The notes below the pieces were generated by a model. It did no database searches and was not told where the DNA came from. It saw nothing but the letters and a program-made list of their open reading frames with translations. Made by a program: the position numbers and the translations under genes. Shown piece by piece: positions 1 through 12,664 of a stretch of 38,210 bases of DNA; position 1 is the first letter of the stretch, and each line of letters begins with the position of its first letter. This stretch comes from Spirogloea muscicola (Eukaryota). Where the stretch lies: NCBI GenBank assembly GCA_009602725.1, contig WELB01000008.1:1440739-1478948 (forward strand), in the 5' to 3' direction.

Positions 1-1
1 G

Positions 2-626
2 GCGGACCCGTCGAGGCGGCGGGCGCGGTCGCCGGCGCCACCGCCGCCGCCGTGCGACACGAGCCACGTGCTGCAGCAGGGTTACGAGGATGTGCTGGCG
101 CGCTACGCGCTGGGCCGCGAGCTCGGGCGCGGCCAGTTCGGCGTCATCCGCCTGGCCACCTGCCGCGCCACGGGCGCCCGCTGGGCCTGCAAGTCCATCG
201 CCAAGGCCAAGCTGGCGTGCCCGCAGGACGTCGCCGACGTGCAGCGCGAGGTGCAGGTCATGGGCGCCGTCGCCGGCCACCCCGCCGTCGTCGGCCTCCA
301 CTCCACCTTCGAGGACCGCGACTCGTGAGCCCCTCGCCCTCCTCCTCCTCCTTCCACTCTCCTTCTGCCTGCCATGGCTTCCCGGCAGCTTCTCCGCAGC
401 CCCGTGCCATTGGGTGCTGGCCCTAGTGAGTGGCCGCTGCAGACGTCCTTACCTGAAGGCAGCTTGGTCATGGCCGTCACTTGCAGGGTTCACCTGATCA
501 TGGAGCTCTGCGAGGGCGGTGAGCTCTTCGACCGCATCATCAAGAAGCGGCGATATACGGAGCGCGAGGCGGCGACGGTCGCGCGCACGCTCGTCGCTGT
601 CGTCGCACACTGCCACGGCCGCGGCG

Positions 627-657
<31 letters not shown>

Positions 658-1880
658 GCTGCTGTGCACGCAAGAGAGCGACGTGGATGTCAAGGTCGCA
701 GACTATGGGCTCGCGCTCTTTGCCGCGCCCGGCGACCGGCTGCGTGGCATGGCCGGCAGCGCCTACTACATAGCTCCCGAGGTGCTCGCCGGCTGCTATG
801 GATATGCCGCCGACGTTTGGAGCACGGGCGTGATCCTGTACATCCTGCTGTGCGGTGTGCCACCCTTCTGGCACGAGCGTGAGGAGGGCATCTTCGACGC
901 CATCAAGCGCGGCGCCGTGGACGTCACGACGGGCCGCTGGGCTACCGTTTCGTCTGATGCCAAGGACCTTGTGCTGCGCATGCTGACCAGGGACCCCGCA
1001 CGCCGCATCACCTGTGCTGAGATTCTTGGTACGGCTCCACCTCCCTTTCTCTCTCTCATTTGAGTGTCCCGGCAGGTGCTCGCAGCACTCCTTGGCCAAG
1101 GTCTGGCATGTGCGTAACGAGTGTATCTGCCAGCTAGTGCTGCTCAGTGCCGCTGACGTTGGTGCTTGCCTTCCTTGCTCCCGCTCGTTGCGTGCAGCGC
1201 ACCCTTGGATCGTGAAACAGACCGACGGCTCTGGCATGGTGCTGCCGCCAGTACCGTCACCTCTCCCCTCTTACTTGCAGCCACTCAACCATGCGGGGGG
1301 GTCAGCACAGTTCTCGTCTTGCTCCTCCGAGGGGGCCCTGAAGCAGGAGCTCGCCACGATGGGCTCTGCCAGCAGCATGAGCACCGCACCATCGTTCAAC
1401 TCGGACGACACCTTCTCTCCCCGGAGCGCGCCCCCTACGCCACGGCCCCAGGACAGCATCGCTGAGAAGACTGGCAACGGCGGCATTGGTCCTCTTGACA
1501 AGAGCCAGAGGAGCGCCGGGGGCAAGCCGCCGCTGGGAGCGGCAGCCGCCACGGAGCAGCTCTCGCGGCCGACGTCCACATCGTCGTCGAACAACTCGAG
1601 TCCAAACAGCGAGGAGTTTGATCGCTGGACGTCCTTCGACCAGGTTTCGGACCCGACCTTTGGCGAGTTCCTGGGCAGCGTCATTTCACGGCTTGGCCAT
1701 ACTGGCTCAAGTGCAGGGGTGGGCACAATTGGGAAGGTTCGCGTCGAGACGCAGGACGAGTGCACATGCACTGTAGTCAGCACCACGCCCCTGCGCGAGA
1801 CGATCATTGTCGGTGAGCACCCTCGCTCAGTGGCGGCCCTCTGTCATGCTGCTTGTCTGGACGAGACTTGCCGTGTATAG
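2..1880 (+). CDS. Ser/Thr kinase of the CDPK/SnRK superfamily without EF hands (PEPKR-like), 5'-partial; exons <2-324, 487-1028, 1198-1880
   Basis: GT-AG splicing restores a complete kinase: LGRGQFG, ACKSI, EDRDS|VHLIMELCEGGELFDRI, HRDLKPEN, DYG, GSAYYIAPE, DVWSTG, EIL|AHPW. The C-terminal tail is Ser/Pro-rich and has no EF-hand motifs. The start codon lies upstream of the window. Confidence 0.9.
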
Positions 1881-3429
1881 TAACAACAAGTTTTCCTTTC
1901 CTCACTGGAACACCTGACGGGCACAGTACTCATCTCAGATGCATCGTTGCTTGCTTTACAGATTCAGTGAAGGGCCGGTTCCTAGTGGTCCACGACCGGT
2001 CTGAGAAGCGGATAGGCTGGAAGCACCTGCCTGGTCGGGAAGGAGGGGGACACGCTGCCGACTTTACCTGGTCACCTTGCCCCAGCAGGTAGTCCTGGGA
2101 CGAATGTGACGCCGGCATTGACAGAGACCCCGATCTTATGCCTGGCGGCAGCTGCACGACAGTCCCACCAACAGCCTCAGGCTTCCAAGGGATGCGAGAG
2201 AACGCCACTTTCTGCACCTGAATCCCTGTCCGCGCTCTCAAGTGACTGCGGCGGCTGAGCTGTGAACACGCTATCCCTGCGTGGGGAAAGTGTTCGCAAT
2301 TCAGCCCTGGTTCAGTTGAGCCCGTCCGTTGTAATTACCACCCCTCCCTATTTTTCAGCCCCTTTCTTTCAGTACAGCAAGGTCTACAAAGTAGCACATT
2401 AGAGGAGGGCCGCACCTGACCTGCTCTTGTTCCTCGTGCGCCCCTCAAGATGAGGCCAGCGACGTAATAGGCGTCGTTTTTGGATATCTGCCAAAAGGCA
2501 GAAGGCAAAGGTCTAGACTGTGTGGAGCTGCAAGGGCATTCCCTTGACAAATGAGATTTGCCCCTGCACGGCAAGACGAATGCAAAGATTGTCGAGGCTT
2601 GACAAATTTTGGTCCATGTTGTCATTTGCCGTTTCGAACTACCTTGGGAGTAGCATGTCACCACTGGCCTCCAGCAATTGCAGTCTCTCTTCACCACTGT
2701 GCTAAGGCTTGGTGTGCAGCTCGCCAATCTGCACAACTGAAGCCGGGTGGCTGACTATCTGAAAGCCAAGGGTGTTGTATTGGCCCCATACTTGCGCCTC
2801 CATTGGGTAGCTCATTGGTTCCATCTATGACAAAGGGTGTCACCTGCTGTCACAATCAAGTGGCTTGCCCTCGTTCAGGGCCTGCATTCTGTCAAGCTGC
2901 ACCAACTAGGTGGAAGCATGTTTGACAAGATCCACGCATAAGGATGCACATTGATATGGGCTGGCATGCTTGCGACCTTTGAGCACTGCCCTTGGAAGGC
3001 CCCCTTCCATCCACAGACGGGAATTGTCATGGTCTCAATGCAGTGGGCCGATGATGCCTTCTACCATGCAATCTTGCAGGAAAAGAAAGCTACAGGCAAG
3101 TACATGGAGCAACTGCAGCAAACTAGCTTTGTGCTCATGCCTTGCTTGCCCCACCTACATTACTAGCATGGACTGGACATTGTACTTCCTCGGGGTAGCA
3201 ACCCCAAAAAACACATATGCCTTCCTTCCCCTCTCTGAATCTGCTTCTAGAGGTGCTGGACGGCGGGACGCCCTCGCAAAGTGCCGCAGGGCAGCAGAAA
3301 CTTAAGGACGAGGCGGGCGCCGTTGGGACCGTGTGAGGAATGGTGCGGCGCTGGTGCATTGAGGCTGAGCCGACCATGTTCACCGTTCAGGCCAAACATT
3401 GTGCAAACAATGGGGCTACACGAAGCGAT

Positions 3430-5760
3430 TCCCTAAAGGCTCAGAGGAAGTGAGAGGTATGTAACAGGTTCTGAGAGGCCCAGCCAGGGAGGAGCGAGAG
3501 AGCTGGTGCTGCTCCTGGGCTGGCTCTCACAGCCACCGTCCTGCACTAGAAGCCTCCTTCTGTCCTGGCAAATAAAGTAAGGTGGCTGACGGCTATGTAC
3601 CTGACCCAACTTGCCCCTCAGCATTTCTCCTTCCAGGAGCTGCCGCTCTAGTTTCGAAGTTGGCCGGCAAGGTCGTCTGCTTGAGCTGTGCTAAGCCGGC
3701 CTCCTCCCGGGGGTCACCGTCCTGGCCCACCACTTCCCCTACGTTGTTCTGGGCTCGCCGGTCGCAGCAATCTGACCTCTCTAGAGAAGGAGATGCTCTT
3801 GCATAAAGCAGATCCTGTGGAAAGGCCAGCCCAGAGGATTTGGACTGTCTTTGGAGGAGCCGGAAAACGAATATCACTCGACAAAGCAAGTAGCTACTAC
3901 GGATGGGCCTCTCTGGAGGCGCACCCGCTCTCTGGCTTTCTGCGGACCGCAGCTCTGGGCAAAGGGAAAGTAGAGGGCGATGGCTGTGATCGGCCAGCCC
4001 AGGGAAAGAACCGAACAAAGCTGGGCAAAGCTTAGCACGGGGCTTCACCACCCCGACTGAGCTTCCACAGCACATTCCGGCCCCTTCGGCCTGGCTTTTC
4101 ACAGCACTCGCCCTCTTAGGATGAGCCTACATTTTGCACAGCGCATTTTGGCCCCTTCGGACATTGTAAATTGCTTTCGGACCCTAAATCATGAACCTAA
4201 CCCAAACCCTAATCGTAAAATCTGAACCCTAAGCCCTAAACGTCTACCTTTCCACAGCCCTCGCCCCTTCAGGATAATCTTTACTTGCTTCCGTGGAGGC
4301 GGTAGTCACCCAACCAAACCCACAGACTGAGCTTCCACGATGCCCACTACCGTACCTTGTATACCTCAGGGGATATTGAGCATCCAGCGGCCACTTGAGT
4401 CACCGTGTGCTTTACCGCTTTTCTGGCCCCTTCGGACTGTGTTCACATTTTTCTGGGCTGTTCAATCACAGCCATCGCCCTCTACTGGATAAGTCCTTTT
4501 CTCTGTGTTAACTCCACTCTGGACATCAGTTGACGTCAGGAGAATCCAAGGCGCCATCCGCAGGTGCAGCCTTGCCGGACACGTGCCGCTGCACCTGGCA
4601 CGTGGCCGCCAAGGTGTCGCCTTGTTGGGCAGTCAGGAGGATCTCTGTTTCTACGCCCCTCTTCGTCCTATCTGAAGCTCTGTGGGCCCAGGCCGATCTC
4701 TGCTACCAGGTGCTCCGCAGTGCTGCACCCCGCCCCGACTCGTGGAGGCCCTCTGCCCTTCTTGTACTCTGCTCATTCGTTTTTTGGGCTGGCTGTTCCA
4801 GCCCATATCCTCAATGGGCAAGCCCTTGCTCTGCCGCTTACAAACCACACAACGGGACACGGAGTGATGCAGATGGAAGCTCAATATCCACGGGTGAGCA
4901 ACAGCAAGTCATAATAACTCGAAACTGGGAAAGAAACATTCCGCCGAGACCCTGAGGCAGCAGCCATAGCGCGGCTGGCGCGCGTGTGGACTGCGCGAGC
5001 CAGAGAGCGCTAGAACGAGACCGCCAGCCTCATGCGAAATACCTGGGCTAGGAAGCCGGCAGCATTGAAGCCGGGTCCGCATTTCCAGCGGGGCTGTAGA
5101 TGGCCAGCCCAGATAGAAAAGACAAGGTCCAAAGGGCCGAAAGGTGCCAAGAAACGCGCACACAACTATGCAAGAGACTAAGAGACTGTCTATAGCGGCT
5201 GGACAGCCGACGCAGCCATGGCTAGCTGGAAACGGCGGCTCCTGCAGGTGCCTCGGGGAAGCCCCATCGCCCTCCTTTGGGACCTTGTTCATTCTTGTTC
5301 TGGGCTGGCCAACTGCAGCCATCGCTCTCTACTGGAGGAGTCTTTCTCCTTGTTCGTTGTTGTGGGCTGGCCTCCCACGGCCACTGCCTACCATTGGAAG
5401 AGCTGTTTCTTTCTTTCTTCTAGAAGAGCTTCTTCTTGGTGTCAAGCTTCCCGGTGAAAGCTATGCTGACTTGCGGCTGCCGTGCTGTTGCTGTCTCGGG
5501 GTCACTGCGCACCCAGTTGTAGTATGACTGTGGAGCTGTGTGCTTTACAGCTTCTCGGCCACCGCGGGTCTCGTCCGAGCTTGTTTGGGCTGGCCTTCCA
5601 CAGCCATCGCCCCCTTCGGGGAAGAACTTCCTCTCTTTGATAGACATCACTCCTTTTCGAAGAGCTTCTTCTCTTTCTGAAGGCTTTGAAGAGCTGCCCT
5701 GTCCACTGGATGCGCCTCCAGTCTTTCTGGGCTGCCCTCTCACAGTTATAGCCTCGTCTT
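3430..5760. mobile_element. Nest of decayed 3'-end fragments of the CRE-like retrotransposon, both orientations
   Basis: Many GGGCTGG..CAGCC units resemble the element 3' UTR at 33200-34320. Minus strand ~4881-5090 translates to AQVFRMRLAVSF*RSLARAVHTRASRAMAAASGSRRNVSFPVSSYYDLLLLTRGY*, a homologue of the element C-terminus. Boundaries are approximate. Confidence 0.7.
4181..4240. repeat. Degenerate interstitial telomere-like (CCCTAAA) repeats
   Basis: accctaaa..aacctaacccaaaccctaa..gaaccctaagccctaaa. Confidence 0.65.
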
Positions 5761-6597
5761 GAAAGGAGCCCTTTGTTAGGAAGAACCTTCAAGGCGCCTG
5801 CCAATGGCCAGCTCCAGGTCCTCGTTGTTGGCTGAGAGCATGCGTCAAGCTCAGGCATCAAAATGGCCCTTCGCACTCCATCCACTGCTAAGGAGTTGAC
5901 ATGCCCCAGCTGCACACTTTTGTGTGCAGCGCAGATGGTTGTTGGTTGACCGTGTAGCAGCAAGATGGCTGAAACCGCCAAGCCCAGCCCGGACAGCTGT
6001 AGTGGATTGCAAAACATGTGTGGAGAGCAGCGTAAGCTATGGAGTGCAAATGATTTTTTCTATGCAGGTATGCATCATTGCAGTTACTCGGTTCCTCTGA
6101 CTGATTTCCTAAGAGGGTTGATACATTCAGCTCTGAATCATGGTTTGAGAGCACCATGGCCCAGCACAAGGCCTGTCGCACTGAACTGTGAATAAGGGCA
6201 GCCTACAATCGCATCATGAAGTCAATGCACTGCTAAGCTGCCAGAGGACTCTATTGCAAGACCTAGACGCTTTAGTTTTGCCGATCAGCATCAAGTGCGC
6301 ACTTCAACCACACATCAACAAACACAGACCAGCACCGCTAATGATAAATAGACTTTCGACCCCTGAACTTTAATCAATTACGCCTGTTTGTTGCACACCA
6401 GAGATGTAAGCAGTGTGTCAATACTGACTACCTGCAGGACTACCTTGCAGTAAGGTCCTGATACCTGGTTCTTGTTCGACTGCAATCTGCAGCTAAGGAG
6501 CTGATGGGCGCCTGTCTGCAAGTCTAAAGTCACCTAATGGCGCAAGGAACTCCGCAATCTACAAGAAGTGGCAAGCAAAGTAGACGTCTGACTTGCT

Positions 6598-8565
6598 TCA
6601 CAGGTTCAAAACGGTTGTCAGGTTTTCAATTGGTCCCACGCCAGTGACAGCTCCTTGGGCGAAGAGTCCTAAGCACACACAATCAGCTATGGTTAATCGC
6701 GGCTATCTGAACTTTGCCGATCATAGACTATGAAGCAAATGTGCAATGCAGGTCTTTCCACTCACCTGCCATGGCAACCATCGCCAAGCGGCCATTCTTG
6801 ACCTCCTTCACTTTCAGGTCCGCGAGCACCTCTTCATCCTTGGCGAAACCGAGGGGGTCAAACAGGCCTCCCGGATACAGTGGATCTGTGCCAACTGCTC
6901 CACCCTTAGCCCGCAGCCACTCGGCAGCTCCCATGAGCAGGACTTGCACTGCTATTACCGCCAGCAGGCTGCATAACCCATAACGACATTGTAGTGGGGG
7001 ACGAACTTTGGTGTAAGTTGAAGGAAAGCAGGGCAGTCACAACAGATCTCCTCTCTGAGAAGCCAATGACATAACGGCCACCTATTTAAGTTGAACAAAG
7101 TAGGGGTGATAGAAAGGAGAAGAGCAGAGGCAAACGAATTTACATTGAGAACTTGCGGGGAGAGAAGTGAGAGGGGCAGGAGAGCCTCTGAAGACCCTTA
7201 CATGCGCACCTCTGGGCGTTGATGAGATTTGGGTTGCCCAGGTAGTCGATGCCTTCCGGTTTGAAAATCTGAGCGCCGGTCTTAAACCACACTGGCTCGA
7301 ATCCGTCTCCACGGATGCCACTGAGCTCGGGGTAAAGGCAGCCGGTGACGCCCAGCATGGCCCACCGCCCATTGAGGAGCTCCTGAGCCCGGAGGGTGGC
7401 GTATCTGTCCTTGTCGCCGCACAGTCTCAGGAGGTCGCATCCATAGTCGCCGGGGTACTCGCCCTACATCGTTGCCCTTGCAGGGCGTCAGATCTTCAAC
7501 TCTCCGCAAACAGGTTGCATGGGATATGTCGCCTGCTTAGACTGGCCATCGTCAGCAGCTCAGCTCAACGAGCATGGTGGCGCCTACAGTGCCCACCTTC
7601 AGGTACGGGGGAACGTCTTGGGGCGTTGTATTGGGACCCTTGTACAGCGGGCGGCTCGGACCGTAGTACGCCCTCCGGACGTCCACGCCTGGCGGGACTG
7701 ATAGCCAATACGCCTAGGAGTGCACGCAGGGCTTCATAAGCCATGAGGGCGTGACTTACCACTGGCCTCCTGAGTGACATCAACCAAACGTCTGCTTCGA
7801 GCGAGCAAGGCTGCCAGCGACTCAGCGCCAGCCAGAGTCCTGCCCTCCTTGCGTGGTGGGTCGCCGGAGCGGGAGCCGGGGCCTCACCTTATACCAGCGG
7901 GCGATGGCTGACAAGCCGCCACCGGACCTGGACGCGGCGAAGGCTGGCTCAGGGTCCGCCGCCGTGGCCTGAAGGGACAGAAGCGCCCAGCCGGATGAGC
8001 CACCGTCCGCAAAGAGCGTTAGAACGACGCCCCCCAATCATGCCCCTCTGCTTCCAGATGCACCAGTTGCTGCATGCTAAGGCGAAGCCACCTTGCTTGA
8101 GGCTGCTCCAGGTGGCAATAGCTGTACAGTCGCCACAGTTAAAGTCAAGAGTACAAGACCAGCCTTTGGGTTCTCAGTACACTGATTTTCTATTCTTGGC
8201 GGTGGTGTTCCCCACCTTCTCGATGAGGCTAAAGACGTCGTCGAGGCCAACGTTTGCCATGTCCTCGTCCGTGGGGCCGTCGTCCTCCACGTACGCCGCG
8301 CGCGCCGTCGTCGACAGCCGCCGCCGCTGGCAATTTTTCGAGCAAGGAAGCTGAGCGCCATGACCCGGCCTGCACGCTGCAGCCCGCCGCTTCCGCAAGG
8401 AAGACCGAGGAGTCCCCGGCACGTCGAGGGCAATGCGGCTGGCCCCAGGCTCACCGGGCGCCCTGGAGCGGCCACCGACGCGACGGCGCCGTCCGCGTGG
8501 CTTCGAAGACTCGCGGCGAAGCCGCAGCCGGCGGCGACGCCCGCGGCGGCAGCAGCGGCGGCCAT
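6598..8565 (-). CDS. Light-harvesting chlorophyll a/b-binding protein, LHCII-type, Lhcb9-like; exons 8565-8455, 8326-8216, 7968-7888, 7713-7597, 7463-7210, 6968-6766, 6668-6598
   Basis: Phase-compatible GT-AG exons give a transit-peptide-like N-terminus, then [103 protein letters not shown]. An extra 30-nt exon near 8091-8120 is possible. Confidence 0.9.
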
Positions 8566-8618
8566 GGCGGCCTGCCCTCCAGAGAAGGGGGATGGGAGAG
8601 AGGCTCAAGCCCTGGCCA

Positions 8619-8655
8619 GCTTAAACCCTGCCCCACTGCTTAAACCCTGCCCCAC
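8619..8655. repeat. Perfect 18-bp direct repeat (GCTTAAACCCTGCCCCAC x2) in the divergent promoter region
   Basis: 8619-8636 and 8638-8655 are identical. The unit contains the telo-box-like AAACCCT and lies between the LHC ATG (8565, -) and the membrane-protein gene (+). Confidence 0.75.
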
Positions 8656-9007
8656 GGGAAAGGTGCGACTCTCCCCACTCGAGTACAGTGTCCCTATGGC
8701 CTGTGGCTCCGCCAATAAAGTGGGAGAGCCACTTTCCATGTAGTATTCAACACCGTCTGTATGCGCAGCCGCAGTATCAGTAGCCGTCGTCGTCTTCTTC
8801 GAGGGCCCCACGCAGCGGCTGCGTCCCTTAGCCCGCGCCCCGCCGGCAAGGCCCCGCCGCGCCTTGGCCGGCCCGCGCTGCCGCTGCCGCTGGCGATGGC
8901 GGCAGCTCCGGCGGCGGCGGCTGGCGAGGGGCTCGCAGGCTGACCTGGAGCCGACTGCCCNCGGCAGCGGCGGCGGCGGCGGCGGCGGCGCGCAAGGCGT
9001 GGCCGTC

Positions 9008-11145
9008 ATGGAGGCAGCGGCGAGCCCCACGCCGTTCCCAGTGCACACCGCGCTCGCAGGTGCGGAGGAGCCTCCTAAACCCAAACCCTAAGCCGTGAAC
9101 CCTGACGCTCGCGCCCGCCAGTGTGCTGCGCGCCCAGCTCGGTCGGCTCTCACGTCGTGCCCTGCGGGAGGCACAGCCGAGGCTGACGGCATGGCCACCG
9201 GTCCCCCACTCGCCCAATGGCACGACCAACTGCGCCGGCCGCAGAACCTGGGTGCTCCATCTCTGCACCCCAGTTTCTGCCACGCACTCTGACTGCTGGT
9301 CGCCTTGGTCCGCCGCTCGGTCTTGCAGTCTACATTGTCGACTTCGCCATCACGCTCCTCGTCTTCCTGGCGCTGAGGTGAGGGACTTCGGGCCAGCCCC
9401 ACTCTTTCCGCACTTGCGCCTCGCACCACATGCAGCGCTGCTCCGTCTTACCGTCTGTGCACCGGCAAGGCCCAGCACTCCAGTGGGAGGTTATCTCTTT
9501 GGAGCCTATTGTATATGGCCCAAATGAAGCCTGCAGCCGGTGGCTCGCTTGGGCTCTGGTCCACTGCCATTCTGCGGGTGCCAGTCCCAGGCCCTTCGTG
9601 GGTGACGCTGACCGGCACCCTTTTGCGCGAATGCTTGGACCAGAGCGGGCATGGACAGCATCCCCAACATATCCCCCCTCCTCCAGGTCTGATGAGCAGC
9701 TTCGCACCTAGGACTTACCCAGTCAATGTGTTTGATAGCAGCCAGGAAATTGAAGTGCATGTACATAAGCCTGAGAAGTGAGACCCTGGCACTCTGACTC
9801 GAGTCAAGGCGTTACTGAGCTCCAGTATCAATGCATCAGTCTCAATAGCTGGTCTCTTCTGGCTCTGAGGTCAGTCACTTACTTCAGTGCACGACGAGCT
9901 CCAGGTGTTGCTTTTGGAATTCTAGCTTTGCCATCACCACATAGACTCTCAGTCCAAGTATGCAGTCCAGTTCCTTAATAGACCTGTAATATGAAGTGTA
10001 CTGGGGTCACTGCTGTTGCAGGACCCTCCGACGAGCTACATTCTCGCTGGCCTCTTTGGCTGGTTCACCTTCATTCACATCTTTGCGCCAGCGGGCCTCG
10101 TGGGCGGCTTCGTGGGTCATGCCTTGACATACCTCGTCGTAGGTGCGGCTGCCGTGGCACCTCCTGCGCTTTTTCCCATTTTCCGGGACGTGCTGCGCTC
10201 CACGCCTCAGACGTGGCTCATTGGCCTGCAAGTCATCCGCATCTACGGTTTCCTGTACCTTGCCTTGCGCGATATGCGACTTCTGCCAGCAAGCTTCGCC
10301 GTTATAGGTGTGCAGCATTGCTCCTTGGAGGTTTTGCAGAAGGCAGCAGTTTCTTGAGTTGCAGCAGGGTTGGCTTGAGTCAGTCTGTCTTTTCAGGCGC
10401 TTGACTGGGCGGGGAATCTTGCGCATGTCCACTGTTTGCACGTTGTGAAGAGACAGCAAAACCAGCACTTGTTGCAGGTGTGGCCGCCTGCAAATGTGCG
10501 ACGAGGACCAGCACTCAGAGAGAATGTCAAGCTATCATTGGCATGGTTGCCAGTTGCTGTGGCCCTAATCTCCTGGTTGTTGTGTGGCTCGCGCTAGTTG
10601 GTTACGGCGACGTGCTGATCGCAATCCTGGCGCCTGTAGTGGCGAATGCTTTTGCAACCAAGGACAGGTGAAGAAGCTAATCGACCCATGTGACTGTGCC
10701 CTGGTCATCGTACTGACTTGGGAAACTCCAATTTCACTCTTCGATGGCCATGCTTGCGGCTCCTGTAGCAAGGCACAAGCACGTGGTAAAATCTCCGCAG
10801 CCATCTGGATGGCCTAGCTGATGTAGGGCTGGAGCCGATGGCATATGTTGCAGATTTGCTCGCCAGATGGGCCTTGTGTGGAACATCACCGGCCTGACGT
10901 TCTTTCTGCTGGCCAACATCCTCAATGACCGAATCCTGGGTTCATATCTGCAGAGCCAGAAGGTTCAGAGACTGCCAACAAGCTACTTTTACTTTACTGT
11001 GTCATTGCTCTCGTTGTACGCAGTGCCCATGCTCATAGCAGCCCACTGTTACTCTCTCTGGAAGCTCATACGCGAGAAGGAGGCGCCGCCAATGATGTGG
11101 ACCGAAGATGATGATGACCGACAAGTTTTTGAAATTGGGCAATGA
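9008..11145 (+). CDS. Multi-pass membrane protein of bacterial-type family; confident exons 10022-10307, 10598-10667, 10854-11145, 5' exons uncertain
   Basis: Spliced core: WLIGLQVIRIYGFLYLALRDMRLLPASFAVI|VGYGDVLIAILAPVVA..KDR|FARQMGLVWNITGLTFFLLA...LYAVPMLIAAHCYSLWKL, with several hydrophobic helices. ATG 9008 and exons near 9171-9251 and 9329-9377 are tentative. Confidence 0.7.
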
Positions 11146-11721
11146 GAGCTCTATTCGCTGACCGTTATTGCCATGGTACCCATCTCTTGTTGGGCGTGCG
11201 CGTGAAGATTGTAAATACAAGTAGTATCAGATTTTCCCAAGGCAGTTCGACATTGGGAGCACTGGCCCGGCTTCTGGGAGATGCAGCACAACTCTTGCCC
11301 AGGCATCAACATCTTGATCCGTGCAGCGCTTACTGCTCCATGATTTGCAGATGACGCCCTTAAGATGCCGACAATAGGCTCTAGGCAGGCTCGCAAGCAT
11401 CGCTCACATAATACAACCTGGAGACATGGCAGCCTATGTATTGCGGTGCCAGAACAGTTGCCGCACTAACCGTACAATGGGCTCTTTCTTCGACAGCAGT
11501 AAGAAATTTGTCACACAAGACTTTCGTTATGAAAGCTGATTGTATAACAATGTCTGATACCAAAGAGAAGAGAAGATAAGAGAAGGTCCTCCTACATTAT
11601 GACAAACTTGAGACCAGGGCCTCGGCTACAACACTCCCAGGTTGATGTGACATGATGAAGCAGGACCTGCAGTTACTATTAGTCGGCTTCCGGTGCTCGT
11701 GGACCACACCTGTGGTGGAGC

Positions 11722-12534
11722 TCACTTGCTGGCTGCCGCAATGTGGGAGTCCTGGGCGTGAGCTTGGCCATGGTGGCCAGTGACCTTGGCTTTCAAGTCC
11801 TGCGCCAGGTGTGTGATCTTCTCGCCCACGCTGTGCACAGCGGCGCCCACTCCGCCAGCAGCATGGGCTGCCCTCGCCTCACGGTCGCCTGCCACACCCT
11901 GGACGCAGAGAAGGTAGAAGGACTTCAATGCGACCGTCGCCGCGGGGACGTGTGTGGCAGCGACATGGGCACTGGCAGAGGATGGCATCACAGGAGTGCT
12001 GGCCAAGCCACTGGAAGTGCCTGACTTGGACCAATGCTGCATGCTTTGGCAGCTCCAAGAGTCGGCGCAGACGGCATTGGTGATGCCTGCGGACCACCTC
12101 ACCGGAGGGCCGTCGTCGATGTCGCCGCCGACGCCGTCCGAGCCGGCGCTGGTGAGCCCGAGCGCCTCGTGCTCCGCCATGGTCTAAACCAAGGAACCAC
12201 CGGCGAGGAGCAGACGGCGTTACTGGCGCAATGGGCTGCCAGGTACGTCCGCTGGTTCTGAGCAGCAGCTCGCCTTGCTTTGCCGGACGCTCGCACAGCA
12301 CGGCTACGACGTTCGTTCCAGTGAGCAGGTTGGTCACCGCACCTGCTTGTGGCGGGGAGCGTTGAGCGCCTCCACCATGCCGGACTGGTCGGCGCCGGGC
12401 GAGGCCGTGTAGACGGGCGCGGTGCCCTCGTGGGGCACGCTGAAACCGTCGGGGCCCGTCTTGGAGCTCAGCAGGTCGGAGAGCTTGTGGGTGCCGCTCT
12501 CGTGCGCGCGCGCGGGCTCCATGCCGGCGTTCAT
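11722..12534 (-). CDS. Hydrophilin/LEA-like protein A; exons 12534-12343, 12183-12103, 11898-11722
   Basis: ATG in GCCGCCATG context and phase-0 GT-AG introns. The product is Gly/Ala/His-rich. Its C-terminal GAAVHSVGEKITHLAQDLKAKVTGHH is shared with the paralogue at 14722-15472. Confidence 0.65.
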
Positions 12535-12664
12535 GGCGGCGCCTTTGCTCGCGAAGGGGCTCCGAGAGCTCCTTGCGTAAGTGTGAGGAGGGGGGCGGAT
12601 GAGCGTTGATTGGGGGGCCGCCCATGTGGGCACCCACATAGGTCGGCTGAGCTCATTGCGGTTG

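Noticed and set aside
2335..3400. Short ORFs, including a YDKGC string reminiscent of a KDZ transposase motif
   Set aside because: No further motifs, multiple stops and no consistent splice model.
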